In this document: positions 38,826-48,313 of the stretch, one piece after another | How the letters are laid out: each line of letters begins with the position of its first letter | Numbering within the stretch: position 1 is the stretch's first letter | DNA from: a virus | Strand: one strand, 5' to 3' | IMG/VR virus record: IMGVR_UViG_3300035180_002574 | Span: 117,178 to 181,177 of that record | Length of the DNA: 64,000 bases | Position numbers and translations under genes: made by a program | The notes under the pieces: generated by a model | Seen by the model: the letters and a program-made list of their open reading frames with translations, nothing else | Told to the model about the DNA's origin: nothing | The model's database searches: none

Positions 38826-40163
38826 TTATTCCTCTACATTAGGAGCTGGAGAACCGGCTTCAGTTAACCAATCTTCAATGATTCCAAGGTTTTTTCTATA
38901 CATAGCCACAACTTTATCGCACTTGGCAGATAAATCTTCTAAGCTTTTTACATTTTTTATTTGAGTAATTGGTGCTGCAAACAATCCGCCCAAAACATCT
39001 GCCGAAACTAATCCCATACCATCTTTCTTTCCATCCACAGCTTTATAAGCATTAGTTGCTGATGTAATAGATGAGTCAATCTCTCCAATTACTTTGTCTG
39101 CAAGTTCTTTCCTATTCACACCGTTAGCATTAGTTGGCAATTTTGATTTACGTTCCCCATAATTCATATTTGCAACGTCTGTTTTAATTTTTCCAAGTGG
39201 TCGCAGTAGTCTAATAACAATTACATTCTTAATATCGTCTGGATTTAATAATTTTCTTCTGTATTCTAAATCTCCAAGATTTCCATTAAGAGCATTTCCG
39301 CCAGCCCAAGATAATGATTGGGCTCTTAATACATTTGCTGCGGCAGCATTATATGCATTTATAAATGCCTGATCAATATTTTGTTTTTGCTTTTCTTCAT
39401 TATTTGCAGCCGAATTGGTAGCAAGCCAATTTTTATCTGATTTAGTTTTTTCTGCGGCATTAAAAATTGCGCCAGCTATTTTGCCAGGCAAATCAGTAGG
39501 GAATCCCGCATTTACATCTACTGCATCAATATCTTTTTGCAAGCCATTTAAAACAGAAATGAAACCACTAAATTGATTTCTGGCTCCCCACCAAGAGGTC
39601 TTATTATATAGGTCCACTATTTTTTGAAGAGATGGCACCATTAATTTAATGGCTTCAGAATACGCATCTTTAGCGGTTTGATTGGCTTCTGAGTCTACTA
39701 CCTGACCTAAAGCCATCTTCACAGCATTGATTATTTGGTGATTACTAGCCAATTTACCCTTTGGAGTTTTATTAACTACATCTAACATTTTTAAATGTCT
39801 GTCAACGATTGTTTCTACTGTCGCATCCCCATCCACACCTTCCAGCTTATGACTGCCTTTTGGATGGGCTTGATCAACTAGATCCTCGCCAGTTTCTTTG
39901 AAGGTCTCATATAATGTTTGAGCTTTTTTGTAATTTATGAATTTTAATTCAAGGTCTTCTGCAAACTTTGACATGCCTTGTGCCCTAAGACCGGCGCACA
40001 ATTTAATAATATTGTCCGTTAAATTGCTAGAAGGAGTTAAATCAAGAGTCTTGGCGGCAGTCTTAACAACTTCGGTATTTTTTACCAATCCCTTTTCTTG
40101 GGCAATTTTTTCTAGAGATCTAAAGACGGTAGAATCTTCAAATTTGGCGTGTTTCCAACTCAT
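38826..40163 (-). CDS. Putative internal head protein
   Basis: KIAQEKGLV, VKTAA, KKAQ, AHPKG motifs. Confidence 0.55.
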   Translation of the reverse strand: MSWKHAKFEDSTVFRSLEKIAQEKGLVKNTEVVKTAAKTLDLTPSSNLTDNIIKLCAGLRAQGMSKFAEDLELKFINYKKAQTLYETFKETGEDLVDQAHPKGSHKLEGVDGDATVETIVDRHLKMLDVVNKTPKGKLASNHQIINAVKMALGQVVDSEANQTAKDAYSEAIKLMVPSLQKIVDLYNKTSWWGARNQFSGFISVLNGLQKDIDAVDVNAGFPTDLPGKIAGAIFNAAEKTKSDKNWLATNSAANNEEKQKQNIDQAFINAYNAAAANVLRAQSLSWAGGNALNGNLGDLEYRRKLLNPDDIKNVIVIRLLRPLGKIKTDVANMNYGERKSKLPTNANGVNRKELADKVIGEIDSSITSATNAYKAVDGKKDGMGLVSADVLGGLFAAPITQIKNVKSLEDLSAKCDKVVAMYRKNLGIIEDWLTEAGSPAPNVEE

Positions 40164-40209
40164 AGTGGTCCCTTCAACAAAATAATTTAGCTATATTTAT
40201 GCTCTAGTA

Positions 40210-40992
40210 TTAGTTATTTAATGCATCTAATCTCTGGTACCTAAGCATTCTCAAACCATGCTTGTTACAATAACGAATTCCATTAACTATTTTGTACTTC
40301 GCTTTTCCATGAACATCGCAATTTGGAGCTTCGCATTTTCTAGAATAATCTATACGATCTTCCCATGCCTTCTTGGCTTGCTCCGACTTCTTTTGCTTCG
40401 TTTCTTCGGAATCCTTTATTCCAATATGAGCCTCCGAAAATCTTTTTCTCACTTCTTCCGTATAAATAGCAGCATTATCTTTTGATTTTTGGATGGCACT
40501 CATTTTAGCTTTTTGCTCTTCAGTTCTTTTGGTTCCTTGAGCTGGATGACCTTTGTCAGCAATTTGTTTAAGAGTGGCTTGAGATAAATCTTCTGATCTT
40601 TTGGCTTTTTCTTCCGGAGTTAAAGAAGCATGCCAATCACTTAGTTTTTTCTTCCACTCCTCAGTTTTTGGTGCGTTCATGCCACCATGAGTTGCATTAT
40701 AACCATTATTTGAGATAAAACTGTCATATTGTGCAATTAATAGGGTTTCTAATTCGTTAGCATTATCTTGCCCTTTACATGTGGCAATTACTTCAAATTC
40801 GAAATTTTGGGCGCCATATTTTTTTATGGCGAAATGAAATGGAACTTTGGGATTTATCGAATCATTTCTATGTTGCCACCAACGAGCAGAAGGCTTAACG
40901 GTTTGCCCAATATAAACTTTATTATTTACAAGGCACCTCACACAATAAATGTAAATAATTCGATCGCTTTCATATGTAATGTCGTTTGTCAT
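40210..40992 (-). mobile_element. Free-standing GIY-YIG homing endonuclease with NUMOD3-like repeats
   Basis: IYIY..C..NNKVYIGQT..RW.QH; repeated ...EE.K.KMS/R.S motifs; own TATAAT and GGAGG just upstream of ATG 40992. Confidence 0.88.
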
Positions 40993-41035
40993 GCCTGACC
41001 TCCAAAACATTATATATCAGCGTATATTCAAATTT

Positions 41036-41722
41036 TTATAACCAAAGAGCTTCGATCATGGGATTCATTGGAGAAGGAGGGGCAGTTACCATTGCTACGG
41101 CTGGATGTAACAAACTTGGACGTCTGGTTGTTAATAAGCCCATTTCACTAACAAATAAATTAGCCCTAACAGGGAATTGCTGGTTGGTTTCAAATTGATC
41201 AGTTTGAAAAAACATTCTTTGAAACCAGACAGTAACTCTATTAGAGCCTAACGTGCTATCATCGCCAGGAACATTAGATACCTGATATGTATAATTTACT
41301 ACTGTTCTAATTGCATTCGGTTGTCCCGACCCAGTTAAATCAAAATTTAATGGAGTGCCAGCCACAAAAACAATAACTCCATTTACTGGATTTAATACAA
41401 CATCTACTGTTGAATTAAAACTAGAAGATACTATATTTGGCTTTTTTAATTCTGCTTTAATATCAACTGGAGTTACTAATTGATTATTTGATAATACTCC
41501 AACCGCTGGCACAATAACAACTTCATTCCAAGAAACATTAGTAAATGCTCTCGTCTTAATGTCGTCAATAATTCCAATAGGCGCCGTTCCGTTGCTAACG
41601 GTTGCCATAACCTGATTGCCAATAATGGTTAATTCAGCAATCATTCCAGGCTGAAATTCCGCACTTGGATCGCAAATAAAAGATGCAGGTAAAGCGTTTC
41701 CTGTTTGAACCAATCTTAACAT
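41036..41722 (-). CDS. Second decoration-like protein
   Basis: MLRLVQTG / GSNRVTVW / GLLTT aligns with MALKLLQPG / GSGKVTLW / GLLTP of 32884..33534. Confidence 0.55.
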   Translation of the reverse strand: MLRLVQTGNALPASFICDPSAEFQPGMIAELTIIGNQVMATVSNGTAPIGIIDDIKTRAFTNVSWNEVVIVPAVGVLSNNQLVTPVDIKAELKKPNIVSSSFNSTVDVVLNPVNGVIVFVAGTPLNFDLTGSGQPNAIRTVVNYTYQVSNVPGDDSTLGSNRVTVWFQRMFFQTDQFETNQQFPVRANLFVSEMGLLTTRRPSLLHPAVAMVTAPPSPMNPMIEALWL

Positions 41723-41790
41723 AATGTTGCCTTTCTTACTCCACTATACTCACATATAGCTATATCAGTGCAACATATATTGTATATTAT

Positions 41791-42852
41791 TTAAGTTTCT
41801 TCTTCGAAAGTAGGTTCATCATCCAATAAATCATCGATTTCTTTGTCATCAATATCCATATTGTCTTCAGACATTTGACCATCATCAGAAAGATTGAAAA
41901 CCGTACCATGATGTTTAAGATTTTCGATCATTTTTTCCGAAGTTAATCCTTTGGTATGACGATCATGTTTCTTGTTTTTAGCTTCTATTTTGGGCAAATC
42001 TTTACCTAAAAAGTCTTTACCCCTAGAAATATCATCCATTAATTCTTGTGAACTGTTCTTGGGAGATAAATATCGTCTTAATTCATCGAGAGACATTGTA
42101 TATTTTTCTCCAAGCAAAGACTTCATTTTTTCTTTAATCTCTTTACCGCGCATTCCTAAATTACCCAATTTAGTGATTAAATGAGCATTTACTGCGGCAA
42201 TTACTTTTTTATCACCATAATACATTCTTAAAATGGCATCTGGAGAAACGCCTAATTCCAATAATTCTTCATCTAGGGTCGCATCAACGGGTGGACCTCC
42301 CAAAGCTTCTAAAAAATTGTCAATCGCAGCATCAATAACATATGGGTTTTTAGGAGTCCCCATATCTAGCATGGCAGGGGATTCGACCTTGATAGGTTCT
42401 TCAATTTCAATAGTATGAACTTCTTGAGAAGGCTTCTCTGCTGCAGGGGTTTCATGGTGAGCTTTCGGTGGAATTGCATAATCTTTGCCAATGAAATCTA
42501 CAATTTCATTATATGTAAATCCAGCATCATACAAATATCTATTCAATACTGCATTAACTATTTCACTGCGTTTATAATCTTTTAATAGCCACCCCAATTT
42601 CTCCAATAATTCTGGAGTAAGTTTGCTAAAATCTTTTCTTTTTCTGCCATGAACTTGTGCTACTTTGGCTAAAAGACCGAGAATTTTTTCAGATTGTTCT
42701 TGAAAATTTGCATTATCAAGAATTTCGGCAGCAGAATTCAAACACTCAATTGCATGAGCTAATTTTTCCATGGCAGATTCTTGTGTTTTTGACACAAGGT
42801 TTCTCTGCATGCTAGAAACAATATCTTCTTCAAATACTTTTTTGTTAATCAT
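41791..42852 (-). CDS. Putative head protein
   Basis: N-terminus homologous to 42867..43073; LAKVAQ motif. Confidence 0.6.
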   Translation of the reverse strand: MINKKVFEEDIVSSMQRNLVSKTQESAMEKLAHAIECLNSAAEILDNANFQEQSEKILGLLAKVAQVHGRKRKDFSKLTPELLEKLGWLLKDYKRSEIVNAVLNRYLYDAGFTYNEIVDFIGKDYAIPPKAHHETPAAEKPSQEVHTIEIEEPIKVESPAMLDMGTPKNPYVIDAAIDNFLEALGGPPVDATLDEELLELGVSPDAILRMYYGDKKVIAAVNAHLITKLGNLGMRGKEIKEKMKSLLGEKYTMSLDELRRYLSPKNSSQELMDDISRGKDFLGKDLPKIEAKNKKHDRHTKGLTSEKMIENLKHHGTVFNLSDDGQMSEDNMDIDDKEIDDLLDDEPTFEEET

Positions 42853-42866
42853 GTTTACCCAAATAG

Positions 42867-43073
42867 TTATTTAGTTAGACTTTCCAAAATATCAGTAACC
42901 TCGGCAGCTTCTTCTGTCATTTCTGCGTCATCAAAAATGTCGGCGGCAGCAGCCAAATACTCGATAGCTTTGGCAATCTTGTTGAATTTATAAGTTTCTT
43001 CTAGCTCTTGAGAAACAAGGTTCTTTCCCATAATTTCCATGATTTCTGCTTCACTACTAGCGTTTTTGAACAT
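42867..43073 (-). CDS. Small helical head protein (68 aa)
   Basis: Start MFKNASS after AAGGA; the ORF-track extension runs through a hairpin. Confidence 0.7.
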   Translation of the reverse strand: MFKNASSEAEIMEIMGKNLVSQELEETYKFNKIAKAIEYLAAAADIFDDAEMTEEAAEVTDILESLTK

Positions 43074-43126
43074 AATTAATTCCTTTTGGCGGATTACACA
43101 AAAGATACTGTAATATTGACAAAAAC

Positions 43127-43160
43127 ATGAAACCCACAAGAAGAATCTTGTGGGTTTCAT
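43127..43160 (-). terminator. 14-bp perfect hairpin, probable terminator
   Basis: ATGAAACCCACAAG-aagaat-CTTGTGGGTTTCAT, followed by GTTTTT on the minus strand. Confidence 0.7.
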
Positions 43161-43179
43161 TATATCTTTTTATCAAGAA

Positions 43180-43788
43180 TTACTTCTTGCTCTTCTTTTC
43201 ATCTTTCTTAGGAGCTGGTTTCTTAGCAGAATATGAAGAGGAGGTGGTGGACTTGGAAGAGGATTTATCACTCTTCTTGTCTTTTGCGGAATTTGAGACA
43301 CCCTTACCAGATGACTTTTCAGATGATTTCTCATCTTTTTTCCCGCTCTTCTTCTCTTTTTCCTTCTTTTTTGCTTCTGCAACGAAGGAGGCAATTCTTA
43401 AACTAAGAGAAGCGCTCTTTTCGAATCCAACGGAATCTAATGCTGCGGAAGCAGTTAGCAATCCATCTATTGCGATGTCAAATGCGGATGAAATCTTATC
43501 GGAAGAGCCATCTTTTACATCATTAGAGTCCGATGATGAAGATGATCCGTCGGTGGATGAATCTTCTGCCTTATTTTTATCTCTTACCCAACCACAGGTG
43601 GTACATTGACCTCCTTGTATTATTCCGTCACACTTTGTATTAGGGTCTAAGTCTTTATGACGAGTAACCTTAAATCCCTCAAGTTGAGCTCGTTTATTGA
43701 AGTTTCCGAATAGTGATTTATGTTCATCACTTTCTAATACTGCATTCATTGTTGCAGCCACAAAATCTGATACACTTTTGTTATTCAT
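43180..43788 (-). CDS. Head protein with Zn-ribbon and K/S-rich basic tail
   Basis: FNKRAQ; C......QCTTC; histone-like lysine-rich C-terminus. Confidence 0.6.
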   Translation of the reverse strand: MNNKSVSDFVAATMNAVLESDEHKSLFGNFNKRAQLEGFKVTRHKDLDPNTKCDGIIQGGQCTTCGWVRDKNKAEDSSTDGSSSSSDSNDVKDGSSDKISSAFDIAIDGLLTASAALDSVGFEKSASLSLRIASFVAEAKKKEKEKKSGKKDEKSSEKSSGKGVSNSAKDKKSDKSSSKSTTSSSYSAKKPAPKKDEKKSKK

Positions 43789-43817
43789 AATATCCTCGGT
43801 TTTATGTTTTAATTGCT

Positions 43818-46800
43818 TTAGAACAACTTTTTAGAAGTCTTAGCAAATGCTGCTGACAACTGATCGTATAAGCTACCATCTGCCTGAGTGGAGGTGTTAA
43901 CTTCTCCGGATCCAATTACGCCAACTTGCGGCATGCGACCTGCGTCTTTGCGCATAAGAGGTGCGTGTTTTGCAACGACCTTCTTAAGTGAATCAAAACT
44001 TTCATCATTGAACTTCATGATTTCGTCAACCTGAGCAGAAACTGAGCTTCTGTCACTGTGGCAAAGACCGCGGTCAACCATATCATATGCTAATTCATAT
44101 GCTCTAGCCATCTTGATTCTATATGATTGAAGTTCTGCATCAATCTGGGCTTTAACGTGCTCTTTTACAAGCTCGCTTGCGAATTCAGATCCACCATCTG
44201 CTTCACCAAAATATTTCTTCCAATATGCGACGGCATCCTTATCTAAACCTTCTGCGACAAGAGCATCAAGATCAGATACGGCAATCTTTCCTTCACTAAT
44301 TAAGGCTTGAATTGCTTCTGCTTCTTTGCGAATCTTTGGAGGTGCATTAGCAAGATCCATCATTGCATCATGTGTCTCTTCAATATCTTCTACTTTGGCT
44401 AAATCACCAGTTGGCTTTACATCTAATTGAGTTGTAAATCCGCCCTTTGGATGAGCTTCGTGAAGGTGAGGAGAAACCTTAAGAGTTTCTGCTGCCAACT
44501 TAGCACGAAGAGCTGCGCGATCTGCCTTAGAAGCTGTTGCTTTAAATACGTCGGCTGGAAGCTGGGTTTCTGGCTTCAAATCTCCTGCCTTAAGATCATT
44601 ATCATCGGCAAGATCAAGTTCTGGTAGAACTTCATGATCAACTCCCTCAAGTCCTTCGTGATGTGGTTCTTCAACCTCATCGTCAAGCCCTGTTTCATCT
44701 TCTTCTAATAACTTTGCCAAGTGATCTACATCAGCATTTGAATCATTAACCAAATCCATTAAGTTGTTGTCATCTTCTCCCATTGAGGTCTCCGTTGATT
44801 CTTGTTCTGCCAATGCTTGAAGTTCAGCTTCAATTGCTGCGCGCTTCTCGATAGCCTTGGTTCCACGAGCATACTTAACGAATGCCGTCATTAGTTTGAA
44901 TCCATCGGCAATGGCTGCCTTTGCCTCAGCGATTGCATCTTGTGCAATTGAGCTTACTACATCAGTGTTTGAAGGAGTAATTGCTCCAGTATCGTACATA
45001 CCAGAAATCATCTCTAATTCTTCTTTGTGATCGTTAAGTTCTGCAACTGATTCTTTCATTGCGTGAATCAATGCTCCATTCAACTCTTTTCTAAGAGTAT
45101 TAAGAGTAGAATCTCCGGCAGAAGCTGCGGTACCCATTTCTGGAGCTGGTTCTGAACCCATTTCTTTTTGATCACCAAACAATTTGTTAATTGCTTCTTG
45201 TAAATCTGATGATTGTTCGACAAGCTGAGGAACAATAGATTGTATTTGTTCTTTTGGATCACCTGATTTACCAGAGTCTCCAACTGGTGGCTCGGTTCCC
45301 GTTGCAGGAGCTGGTTCAGCGGCTGGTGAAGCTGCATCGGCTGGAGGAGCTGGAGGAGCTGGAGGAGCTGGAGGAGCTGCTTCTTGTGCCTTCTTTACCA
45401 TAGCGCGAACTCTATCCGCACCCTGAATTTTAATCTTTTCAATTAATCTTGCACCGAAATCGGCGGTTGCAACTTTATCATAGAACAAGTCAGAATTACC
45501 GTTTGTCAACTCATTAACAGTTGCGGTCAAAATTAACTTGTCACCTAAAAAGACGTTCCAAACGTGATCGCCTAATGATTCGGCTGACTTGTGGAAAGTT
45601 GCTTTAAGAGTATTTGCTCTACGAAGAAGTTCTTTACGCTTTAATTCATCAGAAGTATCTGCTGAATTTGGACTTGGGTGAAGACCATCTACGGAACCAA
45701 CACCAGGGAATGGTTTTTGACCAACCATGTGCTTATCTTCATCACGAAGATCAACGTTCATCTTGTCAACTTGATACTTTGGCTTACCAGGAGTTGGTGT
45801 ATTAGGATTATTTGGTCCCTCGCCATTTTGAAAGTATCCTAATTTCTTTTGCTCAAGAGTTTCTTTGGCAAGATTAACAATAGCATTACGACGCATTGCT
45901 CTCTCTTCAGAGGTTGCGCGAGCCAACATTTTCTTACGTTCTAATTCGCTCATGCCAACAGAATCTGGACCTGGATGCATGCCATCAACAGGACCGGTGT
46001 CCATTTGACCGACCATTTGTTTGTCTTCATTCCTCAACTTCTCATTAGTTGGGTCTTTTTGGTATTTTGGTTGACCAGGAGAAGGCTCCTCTGTTCCTTG
46101 ATAGTAAGCCTTCTTGTTGATATTATCTTTTGATCCAGACATATTTTCCTCTTGTTTGTTTAATTTATTAAGGGTTTCTAACTTATCCAAGCTTTCTTTC
46201 ATTTGACTCAATTTAGCCTCGATAGCAGAAGCTACGGCTCGAAGCTCGGTAAGAGAGTCTGCATCAAAAGTGGCAGACGCGAATTTGTCAGTTGATGGAA
46301 GAGCCAATCCAAAATCAGTACTTACTGTGGTCCCTTCTGCCATAGCAGAAGTTCCCGACGATTGATTAGATGCAAGATCATTGCCAGATTTTGGATTATT
46401 TTCATCTTCATCATTAAATGAAGATTGTAATTTTGCAAAATCAGCAATTGCCTTGTTAACATCCTCGCGGAATGTTTCTAAATCTTTAGAAGTTACTGTA
46501 ATGCTAGTGACAGCACCAGTTCCTTCTTCCACAAATTGGTTAGGGTTACCAGTTGTAAAAGTAATAGAAGCTTGATAATTATCTGCTAATTTCTTTAGCT
46601 CCCGAGTCTTACTATCTACATATGCATTTAATGTATTGGCAGCCGCAATAATATGTTTAATGTGAGCTTTTGGATCCGCACCATTAACAACAATTGAAAG
46701 TTCAATTGGATTTAAATCTACGTTAATTTCACCATAACCACTTTTTCTTCTCATGTGGTCACAGAAATCAGATTCTGTTCTAGCCACTCTAGCACAATCA

Positions 46801-47381
46801 CTACAAATTGCTCTACCAACGGCTGTGCCCATAGATACGGAGTGGGAATAACCTGTCGCAACTTTTCTGGCTAAATCTGGGTAATTTTGTTTATCAAGAG
46901 CACAAAGCGCGATGACACGTTTCAAATTACGATCATAATAGGTATCAACTATAAAACCTCTAACATGATCTACCGAACTGGATTTATGATCTATGCAAAG
47001 AGGTTTACCGATCCATTTTTTGTGCGCTTTAATCAACTCTTCTTCTGGGAAGATATCTCCGTTGGAATTCTTATAAGGTCTGACATTATTGTCATTACTG
47101 GTCCAGCGCCATGTATTATCACTTTTATCCCAACCAACCTTTACAGGTTCACCGGCGGGTGTTAATCGAGGAGTTCCATCATCATTGAGAGCAGACGCTT
47201 CCGCAGCGTGCATCATTACAGCAGAGAAATATAAAAAGTCTTCAGCTTTAGGAGCTACCTTCTTTAAATTGCTGGCAAACTTCTTAAAATTATCTAGAAT
47301 CTCTTGACTAACAACAGGAATACAAGAAGCAACGTCCTCTATCTTGTTAATCTCTATAGACTCACCAATTTTTTTAAACAT
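43818..47381 (-). CDS. Prohead maturation protease fused to a long scaffold polyprotein (1187 aa)
   Basis: N-terminal NGD.F...E, LCIDH, VSMG, C..C...C.H, ELSIV..GADPKA (HK97/herpes-like protease pattern); acidic coiled-coil C-terminus with repeats. Confidence 0.75.
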   Translation of the reverse strand: MFKKIGESIEINKIEDVASCIPVVSQEILDNFKKFASNLKKVAPKAEDFLYFSAVMMHAAEASALNDDGTPRLTPAGEPVKVGWDKSDNTWRWTSNDNNVRPYKNSNGDIFPEEELIKAHKKWIGKPLCIDHKSSSVDHVRGFIVDTYYDRNLKRVIALCALDKQNYPDLARKVATGYSHSVSMGTAVGRAICSDCARVARTESDFCDHMRRKSGYGEINVDLNPIELSIVVNGADPKAHIKHIIAAANTLNAYVDSKTRELKKLADNYQASITFTTGNPNQFVEEGTGAVTSITVTSKDLETFREDVNKAIADFAKLQSSFNDEDENNPKSGNDLASNQSSGTSAMAEGTTVSTDFGLALPSTDKFASATFDADSLTELRAVASAIEAKLSQMKESLDKLETLNKLNKQEENMSGSKDNINKKAYYQGTEEPSPGQPKYQKDPTNEKLRNEDKQMVGQMDTGPVDGMHPGPDSVGMSELERKKMLARATSEERAMRRNAIVNLAKETLEQKKLGYFQNGEGPNNPNTPTPGKPKYQVDKMNVDLRDEDKHMVGQKPFPGVGSVDGLHPSPNSADTSDELKRKELLRRANTLKATFHKSAESLGDHVWNVFLGDKLILTATVNELTNGNSDLFYDKVATADFGARLIEKIKIQGADRVRAMVKKAQEAAPPAPPAPPAPPADAASPAAEPAPATGTEPPVGDSGKSGDPKEQIQSIVPQLVEQSSDLQEAINKLFGDQKEMGSEPAPEMGTAASAGDSTLNTLRKELNGALIHAMKESVAELNDHKEELEMISGMYDTGAITPSNTDVVSSIAQDAIAEAKAAIADGFKLMTAFVKYARGTKAIEKRAAIEAELQALAEQESTETSMGEDDNNLMDLVNDSNADVDHLAKLLEEDETGLDDEVEEPHHEGLEGVDHEVLPELDLADDNDLKAGDLKPETQLPADVFKATASKADRAALRAKLAAETLKVSPHLHEAHPKGGFTTQLDVKPTGDLAKVEDIEETHDAMMDLANAPPKIRKEAEAIQALISEGKIAVSDLDALVAEGLDKDAVAYWKKYFGEADGGSEFASELVKEHVKAQIDAELQSYRIKMARAYELAYDMVDRGLCHSDRSSVSAQVDEIMKFNDESFDSLKKVVAKHAPLMRKDAGRMPQVGVIGSGEVNTSTQADGSLYDQLSAAFAKTSKKLF
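45340..45375. repeat. 9-bp tandem repeat x4 encoding (APP)n
   Basis: (gctggagga)4 inside the scaffold region, just after MVKKAQ. Confidence 0.85.
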
Positions 47382-47384
47382 GAA

Positions 47385-47543
47385 TTATCTCCCTGACTTC
47401 TTATTAGAAGAATCAGTCTGTCCCTCTTGAGAGGCAACTTGTTGTGATATCTTTTTAACAGACTTCTTTTGTTCCTCTGTTAATTCTTCATCCGTATCTA
47501 ATACGGACACTATTTTTCCATCACCGTGTTTAATAAAACCCAT
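47385..47543 (-). CDS. Small hypothetical protein (52 aa, below ORF-track cutoff)
   Basis: GGAGAG SD; MGFIKHGDGKIVSVLDTDEELTEEQKK...GR*; ends 3 nt before the protease start. Confidence 0.7.
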   Translation of the reverse strand: MGFIKHGDGKIVSVLDTDEELTEEQKKSVKKISQQVASQEGQTDSSNKKSGR

Positions 47544-47585
47544 TTAACGCTCTCCAATTATGAGAGAAATACAACATATTCTGTT

Positions 47586-47640
47586 AGTATAATGAAATAT
47601 TGCTACAAATTATGTAAACCTACTAGTATATAGTAATATT
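47586..47640 (-). promoter_or_regulatory. Tandem candidate promoters AATATT-N4-TATACT
   Basis: Two copies with identical hexamers and spacing (47625-47640, 47586-47601) ahead of the protease-scaffold operon. Confidence 0.45.
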
Positions 47641-47662
47641 CCCAGTATTTGTTATATTGTAT

Positions 47663-48313
47663 TTATTTTCTCCCGCCCTTTTCATTGACCAAGACATCAT
47701 TAAGCTGATTTTGTCTTTGATTAAAGAGTTCCAATAATAATGGCTTTTTCTTTTCAATTTTAACCTGCAGCTCTTTACTGACTGAATCAACCCAATTTGT
47801 TGCTAAAATATTTGATTGTATGTGATTTTTAATTCTATCATCCAATATTTCAGAGATACTATCACATTGTTTTTGAATATCATCCATCGACTTAGTGACA
47901 TTGCCTATAAAATCTTTTGCCTCTAGATTATCAAATAAATCTACAAATTTATTTACTTTTACTTCCAAATCATTAATTGAAGAAATAAGCGATTTAGTTA
48001 ATTTTATAGTCTGAGTGTCAGATGAAAATAATTGCATTAGATTTACGCATTTAAATGCTAAATGTTTAAATTCATTGAAATTATCTACTGCTTTATCCCT
48101 AAATCTACGAATAGCGACTCTTGCATCCATAACTTCTTTTGGCTTAATATCAGGATTATCTGTAAAAGGAGTCTTCATAATATCTAAATGAAGAGATGCT
48201 CTTTCTAGAGACTTATTTGCGCTATTCAAACACATAATAGCGCGTTCAGCCTGACGTTTTTCTTCGTCAGTCACGCTGTATGTCATTTGAATGGTATAAG
48301 CCCTTTTAATCAT
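47663..48313 (-). CDS. Helical hypothetical head protein
   Basis: MIKRAY motif at the N-terminus; overlaps the phosphatase stop. Confidence 0.65.
   Translation of the reverse strand: MIKRAYTIQMTYSVTDEEKRQAERAIMCLNSANKSLERASLHLDIMKTPFTDNPDIKPKEVMDARVAIRRFRDKAVDNFNEFKHLAFKCVNLMQLFSSDTQTIKLTKSLISSINDLEVKVNKFVDLFDNLEAKDFIGNVTKSMDDIQKQCDSISEILDDRIKNHIQSNILATNWVDSVSKELQVKIEKKKPLLLELFNQRQNQLNDVLVNEKGGRK

Noticed and set aside
40164-41035. Group I intron around the GIY-YIG gene
   Set aside because: Flanking genes are complete and the spacers (46 and 43 bp) are too short for a ribozyme core.
43074-43609. ORF-track starts MKPTR on both strands (42867..43160 -, 43127..43609 +)
   Set aside because: Both ATGs come from the arms of one inverted repeat; the plus ORF is the shadow of a K/S-rich gene.
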